Under the pieces are notes generated by a model. The model was not told where the DNA came from and searched no databases. It worked only from the letters and a program-made list of their open reading frames with translations. Positions 58,581 to 64,000 of a stretch of 64,000 bases of DNA are shown here, one piece after another. A program made the position numbers and the translations under genes. Where the stretch lies: assembly GCA_963796685.1 (NCBI GenBank), contig CAWCMR010000015.1, forward strand, positions 256,001 through 320,000. The letters are read 5' to 3'. Each line of letters starts with the position of its first letter. Position 1 is the stretch's first letter. The stretch comes from an uncultured delta proteobacterium. GTDB lineage: Bacteria; Myxococcota_A; Polyangia; Fen-1088.

Positions 58581-59647
58581 GACCCCCGCAAGGCAAGGCC
58601 GGCCTCACGCGGACCCAGCGCGGCGGCCACCTGCACGGCCGGTGCCACGGCCGATGCGGTTGGAGGCGAAGGCGCGACTGGTCGCAGCAGAAGGTAGGTC
58701 GCCACGGCGACCGTGACCAGTCCGACGCCGAGGCTGATGTCGGCCACGCGCGCGGCCGTCTTTGCCTGGTTGTTGAGGTCCACCCCGGTCTGCGTACATT
58801 GGTTCTGGGGGCAGCTCGAATCGCTGTCGTGACGCTTGGAAATGGCCTCGACGCCGTACACCCCGCCCATGGCCAGCGCGGCGACGCCGACGCCGCCGAG
58901 CGCGTAGGCGACGAGCTTTCTCGTGGGAGATGCCGTCGCGAGAGGCGGAGCGGGCGGAGCGGTCGTGGTCTCTGTCGGGCGCGTTGGCTCGGGGGATGGT
59001 ACGCTTTCGGCCGTCGGCGCCGCCGAGGTGGGCTCGGGGGTGACCGGTGCGGCGGCTGCCACCGGTGCTGTCGCGGTGGTTTCGACCCGGTCCAGGCGGA
59101 TTTCGAGGTCGCGTTTCTCGCCACCGGCCAGCTCTAGTGGCTGGTCCCAGGGGAGGTACCCGTCGACCGACGCCGACAGGAAGTGCGGGCCCGCCTTGAG
59201 CTCGAGGGGGTCCGGCAGCGGGGTCTTGCCCACCGCGATCCCGTCGACACGCAGGACCACCCCGTCGACGGCGGCGTGAATGGTCACGCTGGCGATGCGA
59301 CGTTGCTGGGTGGCGATGACCGACTCGGCCTGCTTGCGGCGGGTCGCCGGCACCTGTTTGCCGCCCTCGTCGAGAAACTTCCTCAGCGTCTTGACCGCGA
59401 ACACCGGTTGGTCCATGGCCACGTAGGCTTGGCCGATGTCGTAGAGCACGGCGAAGTCATGCCCGAGATCGTAGGCTTGGTTGAGCTCGGCGATGGCCTC
59501 TCCGTAGGCCTTCTTCTTCATGCAGGACAGTCCGAGATCGTGATGCACACGCGCCTCGGCTCTGCTGTTGGTCTGTGCAAGGCTAGGGCGTGGAGTCAAG
59601 CACAGGCAGACCCAAAACCCGAGAACCACGCTGAAGACATGCCTCAT
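58574..59647 (-). CDS. TPR plus PEGA domain exported protein (myxobacterial type)
   Basis: Signal peptide, TPR helices (YGEAIAELNQAY..VLYDIGQAY), PEGA (VDGIAVGKTPL), Pro-rich linker, hydrophobic C-terminus ending LRGSW; overlaps the PA14 gene start. Confidence 0.8.
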   Translation of the reverse strand: MRHVFSVVLGFWVCLCLTPRPSLAQTNSRAEARVHHDLGLSCMKKKAYGEAIAELNQAYDLGHDFAVLYDIGQAYVAMDQPVFAVKTLRKFLDEGGKQVPATRRKQAESVIATQQRRIASVTIHAAVDGVVLRVDGIAVGKTPLPDPLELKAGPHFLSASVDGYLPWDQPLELAGGEKRDLEIRLDRVETTATAPVAAAAPVTPEPTSAAPTAESVPSPEPTRPTETTTAPPAPPLATASPTRKLVAYALGGVGVAALAMGGVYGVEAISKRHDSDSSCPQNQCTQTGVDLNNQAKTAARVADISLGVGLVTVAVATYLLLRPVAPSPPTASAVAPAVQVAAALGPREAGLALRGSW

Positions 59648-59763
59648 CACGCCTTCTCCTACATGATTCACGCCCTCCCTTCAATCGGCACACGACCAGG
59701 CGCCGCAAGTCAGGTGCCATTTCGGGCTTCGAACCGGGGGATCGGCCCCCGGTTGCCGCGAGC

Positions 59764-60780
59764 CTACGTCTTGCGCCCGCGCGAAATGGCCATCTCCGCG
59801 ATCTTCTCGATCAGCTGCGGGTAGGGCTCGCCGCCTTCTTCCGCGGCCCACGCCAGATCCTCCCCGTCGGCCAGATAGGGATTCGGGTTGGCCTCGACGA
59901 TGTAGATCTCGTCGTCGTGGGCCAATCGCACGTCGATGCGGCCGTAGTCGCGCAGGCCGGCGGCCTGGTAGGTGCGCACCGCCACATCGGCCAGGTGATC
60001 CTTCAGCTCCTTCGACAGATTCTTGGCGATGCAGTTCTGGATTCCGCGCGCCTCGCGGTACTTGTGGCTCCATTTGGCCTTGAAGGTGGCGATTCGGCTC
60101 TCCTCGGAGGTCTCGTCGCCGAACACCATCTCGATGGGCGGCAGCGCGCGCGGCGGATCGTTGCCAATCACGCCCACGTACAATTCACGACCGGCGATGA
60201 ACTCCTCGACGATGGCTGCGGTGTTGTGGCGCGTGTGAATGAAGGCCACCCGCTCGGTCAGCGCCGGATCGTCGTGCACCACCGACCGCTGCGCAATGCC
60301 GACCGAGGCGTCTTCGTCGAGGGGCTTGACGATGAGCGGAAAGCGCACGTCGCTCGGTCGCTGCACGGGTTGGCCACGCGGGCACACGAAGAAGTGCGGG
60401 ATGCGCAGCCCTTGGTAGGCCAGCACCATCTTGGTGAGCGCCTTATTGCGTGCCAGCATCAGCCCCTCGGACGAGGCGCCCGTGTAGGGTAGCCCCAGCA
60501 TCTCCATCAGCGCGGCCACGCCGTAGTCCAAGCTCGATTGGTTGCGGAAGCGTTCGGACAGGTTGAACACCACGTCCACCGGGGCGGCACGCAGGCCCGT
60601 GAGCAACGCCTCCAAATCGTTGCGGAAGCCGAACAGGCGCACCTCGTGGCCCTGACCCCGCAGCGCGCGGGCCACGTCGAACTCGGCCTCGTCCGCGGAT
60701 TCGATCTGGCGCGCGTAGTCTTGCCCCGCTGGCGGTTCAGCATCGGTGTCGAACAGGACGAGTATGCACAGCTTCTTCAT
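59764..60780 (-). CDS. D-Ala-D-Ala ligase-like ATP-grasp protein
   Basis: VVFNLSE, PYTG, NKALTK, FPLIVKP, VEEFIAGRE, DYGRID and EANPNP. Confidence 0.82.
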   Translation of the reverse strand: MKKLCILVLFDTDAEPPAGQDYARQIESADEAEFDVARALRGQGHEVRLFGFRNDLEALLTGLRAAPVDVVFNLSERFRNQSSLDYGVAALMEMLGLPYTGASSEGLMLARNKALTKMVLAYQGLRIPHFFVCPRGQPVQRPSDVRFPLIVKPLDEDASVGIAQRSVVHDDPALTERVAFIHTRHNTAAIVEEFIAGRELYVGVIGNDPPRALPPIEMVFGDETSEESRIATFKAKWSHKYREARGIQNCIAKNLSKELKDHLADVAVRTYQAAGLRDYGRIDVRLAHDDEIYIVEANPNPYLADGEDLAWAAEEGGEPYPQLIEKIAEMAISRGRKT

Positions 60781-60867
60781 GCCGCGGTCGTGGGCGGAGC
60801 CCACCCACCATCATTTTGTACTATGCCCTCGGTGCAGCAGGAAGAACGAAGTTGCGATCCGCAACGT

Positions 60868-61074
60868 TCAGCGCTTCTTCACGCGCACGACGTGCACGCT
60901 ACACATCGTCCTGGCCGTGACCGCCGATGCCACCGACTGCGACCATGCGCGGCCGCTCTCGGAGGGGGCGCCGAGGACGACGAGGTCCGCGTTGTTGTGC
61001 CTGGCGAAATCGACGATGACCTCTGCGGGGGTGCTGGACTCGACTGCGTGCAGGGAGAGTCGTTGGGTGGGCAG
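60868..61074 (-). pseudogene. Truncated universal stress protein (USP) domain, no start codon
   Basis: LPTQRLSLHAVESSTPAEVIVDFARHNNADLVVLGAP...SVASAVTARTMCSVHVVRVKKR*; an in-frame TGA lies upstream with no start between. Confidence 0.7.
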
Positions 61075-61270
61075 GCAACTCGGGCATTCGGGGGAGGATG
61101 CACGGATTGACGCTTGACCCTGCTCTCAAGCTCTCCGATTCTTGGGGAAATTTTTGGCCAGTTGTAAGAAAATCCGTGGACAAGTCGATGCGCTCCGTCG
61201 CTCTAATCGGGACACATCCTTATCGCCCCACTGCTTCGGAGCCCCCAACCGTCAGCCCCCAGGAGTACCA

Positions 61271-62575
61271 ATGCCCAAATCGAGATGGATCCTCTTCTGC
61301 GCTTGCCTCGTCGCGTCGTTTTCGCTTGCTGAATGTGGCGGTGGGGGCGGGTCGGGTGGAACATCGCAAGGCGGCACGGGCTTGGGCGGATCGAGCTCCA
61401 CGGGCGGCACGACCTCCGCGGGTGGCACAACCTCCGCGGGCGGAGCCAGCGGATCGGGCGGCATAAGCTCCACGGGCGGCATGAAGGCCACGGGCGGCAC
61501 AACCTCCGCGGGCGGTGCGAGCGGATCGGGCGGCACGAGCTCCACGGGCGGCACGAAGGCCACGGGTGGCACGACTTCCGGCGGCGGTACGACGTCCTCG
61601 GGTGGCACCACGCCCTCCGGTGGAACGAGCGGATCGGGTGGTACGACCTCCGCGGGCGGCACCACGTCCGCGGGCGGCACGACGTCCATGGGTGGAACGA
61701 CATCATCAGGCGGTACGACCACCGCCACCACGGACTGCTTGGGTCAAGCCCTGGCAAAGCCCGGCGATTCGACCAGCACGTCGAAGCAATACCTGAATCT
61801 GGGTGACATGCGCCTGATCGACAATCGATGGGGAGCCGACGCGCTCAACTGCACCAGTGCAGCGACCTACAAGGTCTACGTCAACACGGACAAGACCATC
61901 GGCTATGATTTCAACCGCGGCAAGTGCGACAACAACCCGCCCGCCCAGCAGAAAGGGCACCCTGACTACCCGGAGATCGAGTTCGGGGTCGCGCCTTTCG
62001 GCTCCAGCAGCTCGAACTTGACCTCCCCGCCGTGTCCTTCCACCGCTCTGCTGCCCAGACAGATCAAGGACATCACGAGCGCGAGCGTGACCATCGACAG
62101 CTTCGCCAGCACGTACCAGCAGTCCACCAACTACGACACCAACTTCGAGTTCTGGATCAGCAAGAACAATCCCGCCACGAGCGCCGACGGAGGTGTCTTC
62201 GCCGAAATCATCGTCTTCTTGAGCTGGGATAGCAGCCGAGCGGCAGGAGGTTGCGACAAGAGCGGGAACGTGACCGCCAGCGGAATCTCGTACAAACTTT
62301 GTCACCAGAGCGACACGTGGGCCAATGGTCAGTGGCGCTTCTACAATTTCTACCTCAGCAACGGCCCCCAGAACACCTTCTCGGGCAAGGGCGATGTCAA
62401 GGGGATCCTCGATTGGGTGATGCAAAACTACACTGGCGGCATCACCTCGGACATGTGGCTGACGCGTATCGAAGTCGGGAGCGAGATCGACGACAACACC
62501 CAAGGCACGGTCAAGATCAACAACCTCACCTTCGAGGTGAACGGTACCTCCAAGCCCATCCAGCTCGCCCAGTAG
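61271..62575 (+). CDS. GH12-like glycoside hydrolase lipoprotein with Gly/Thr-rich stalk
   Basis: AGGAG SD; signal ending LAEC; GGTTS repeats; DNRWG, YPEI, AEIIVFLSW and LTRIEVGSE. Confidence 0.65.
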   Translation: MPKSRWILFCACLVASFSLAECGGGGGSGGTSQGGTGLGGSSSTGGTTSAGGTTSAGGASGSGGISSTGGMKATGGTTSAGGASGSGGTSSTGGTKATGGTTSGGGTTSSGGTTPSGGTSGSGGTTSAGGTTSAGGTTSMGGTTSSGGTTTATTDCLGQALAKPGDSTSTSKQYLNLGDMRLIDNRWGADALNCTSAATYKVYVNTDKTIGYDFNRGKCDNNPPAQQKGHPDYPEIEFGVAPFGSSSSNLTSPPCPSTALLPRQIKDITSASVTIDSFASTYQQSTNYDTNFEFWISKNNPATSADGGVFAEIIVFLSWDSSRAAGGCDKSGNVTASGISYKLCHQSDTWANGQWRFYNFYLSNGPQNTFSGKGDVKGILDWVMQNYTGGITSDMWLTRIEVGSEIDDNTQGTVKINNLTFEVNGTSKPIQLAQ

Positions 62576-62582
62576 TGGGCTG

Positions 62583-62617
62583 CCGGGCGACGTTTCGACA
62601 GCGAAACGTCGGCCCGG
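62583..62617. terminator. Hairpin between convergent genes (possible bidirectional terminator)
   Basis: CGACGTTTCG-ACAG-CGAAACGTCG with flanking CCGGG/CCCGG; no U-tract. Confidence 0.5.
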
Positions 62618-62621
62618 GAGA

Positions 62622-63959
62622 TCAGATCATCTGCCAGTACATCATCGCTATCTGAAGCGTGCCGAAACCGATCAGGAAAGTCCATTGAGCATAGCGTCGG
62701 CCGGCCGAGTCGTCGCGTTCCCACGCGGGCAGTGCGAGTAGCAGCCAGCATCCGAGCACGTGTGCGTAGTAGCGGCCCCAGAATGGCCCGCGTACCGCAA
62801 CCATGCTGGCAAAGAACAGGACCACGAACAAGGCGAGGCCCTGGTAGGCGGGCTCGCGCCAGCTTCGATTGCGCCACACCAGGCCAATATAGGGACCAAG
62901 CAGGAAGCCCGAGGCGAAAACGAATCGTTGCCACGAGAAATCGATCTCGTTCCATCCCGTGCCCATGAGCGTGACTTGCGACAGAAAATTGCCCTGGAAA
63001 CGGAACACGCCGAGGTAGACCAGGAACAGCAACACGGGGACCAGCGCGGTCCAGAAGCCGGTGACGAACAGACGCGCAAAATCGAGGCGGCGCGCATTCG
63101 CCGGTTCCACGACAGCGACCAGGGTCGGAATCGCCAGCAACGGGAAAAGCGTGGTCTTTTGCAGCACGCCGAGTGCGAGCACGGTGCACAGTACCGCAAG
63201 GCGGCGCCGCGTCGGCTGTTCTCGCCAGCGCAACCACGCGTGAAAAAACAGCAGTACGAAAAAGCCGTTAATCGCGTCGAGCTGGATGAAGAAGGCGTTG
63301 CGCATGGTCGCGACGTTGGTCAGGAACAGAACGCCCAGCGGCCAGAAGGTCGCGCTAGGCGCCAGTCGGCGCGCCAGCGCGCGCAGGAGCACAAGCGAGA
63401 GCACGGTCGCCGCCGCGCTGAAGATCTGCATGAGCAGCAGCGAATGTGGAAGAACGAACATTCCCAGCGCGACCGCGAAGGGCGTCAGCGGGCTGGCAGA
63501 ATGCGGGTACTCGCGTGCGAAGCTCCGCACCACGGCGAGTACGTGGGGGTTCGGGTGGCGCATCAAGTGGTGCAGCTGCTCACCGAATTCCCAGTAGAGA
63601 TCCCATGTCGGATACGACCAATAGGCGTAGTGGCGCCACGAGAGCCAAGCTCCGAGTAGCAGCAGGGCGCCGTAGAGGATCGTCTCGTGGGCCGGGGAGA
63701 GCCTACGAAACACCGGGCCGCGCGCAGGTCGCCGGGCATCGAGCAGAGTCGCCACGGCGATTGCCGCCACCACGGCCGCCGCGAAGAGGATCGCATACGG
63801 CAGATCGGCCAACAACTGCAGGTAGGCGCGGGAAAGCGTGGGGTCCGAATACGGGACCTTGAGGCACGCAACGAACCAGGCGGGGAAGATCCTCCAAGCC
63901 AGGCCGAGCGCGGCCAGGGCGCCGGCCAAAACAAAAGTCAGGCGGTTGCGAGCGTTCAC
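62622..63959 (-). CDS. Polytopic membrane protein, probable GT-C (ArnT/PMT-like) glycosyltransferase
   Basis: About 11-12 hydrophobic segments; WDLY after an early TM; GVLQK and RY motifs. Confidence 0.55.
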   Translation of the reverse strand: MNARNRLTFVLAGALAALGLAWRIFPAWFVACLKVPYSDPTLSRAYLQLLADLPYAILFAAAVVAAIAVATLLDARRPARGPVFRRLSPAHETILYGALLLLGAWLSWRHYAYWSYPTWDLYWEFGEQLHHLMRHPNPHVLAVVRSFAREYPHSASPLTPFAVALGMFVLPHSLLLMQIFSAAATVLSLVLLRALARRLAPSATFWPLGVLFLTNVATMRNAFFIQLDAINGFFVLLFFHAWLRWREQPTRRRLAVLCTVLALGVLQKTTLFPLLAIPTLVAVVEPANARRLDFARLFVTGFWTALVPVLLFLVYLGVFRFQGNFLSQVTLMGTGWNEIDFSWQRFVFASGFLLGPYIGLVWRNRSWREPAYQGLALFVVLFFASMVAVRGPFWGRYYAHVLGCWLLLALPAWERDDSAGRRYAQWTFLIGFGTLQIAMMYWQMI

Positions 63960-64000
63960 GGTTCCTCGGGTGGAGTTGGATATCGGGGCAACCTTCTACC

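Noticed and set aside
1-64000. tRNA/rRNA genes, transposases, integrases, prophage genes
   Set aside because: None recognised by eye; nearly all the space is taken by identifiable CDS.

Overview
GC-rich bacterial DNA, most likely Myxococcota (Polyangia-like), judged from the Gly-rich-stalk lipoproteins, TPR-PEGA protein, Ser/Thr kinase and mevalonate pathway. The window has two hydrogen modules. The first (1-6.7 kb) is the 3' end of an [FeFe]-hydrogenase gene, then a single-domain receiver, a sensory-type [FeFe]-hydrogenase fused directly to a histidine kinase, a REC-kinase hybrid, a TM1266-like regulator and hydG. The second (33.7-46.8 kb) is hypFCDE plus a group 3d NAD-linked [NiFe]-hydrogenase operon hoxFUYHW, followed by a related receiver and a membrane kinase. 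Between and around them are panE, hemF, leuA with an unannotated leucine attenuator, a mevalonate operon, dsbD, ygiQ, an iron/B12-type ABC transporter and lon. There are also many surface lipoproteins with carbohydrate-active or binding domains (CE15, GH128-like, GH5, GH12-like, PA14, CBM9-like) and two arylsulfotransferase-like proteins. Non-coding features include a 168-bp MITE-like element plus a half copy, two long CACAGAG hairpins, three short tandem repeats and three truncated gene scars. Four frameshifts cluster at 12-19 kb and are probably sequencing errors. The best candidate for an undescribed system is the H2-sensing phosphorelay, which may be coupled to both hydrogenases. All calls come from motif recognition by eye; no searches were run.
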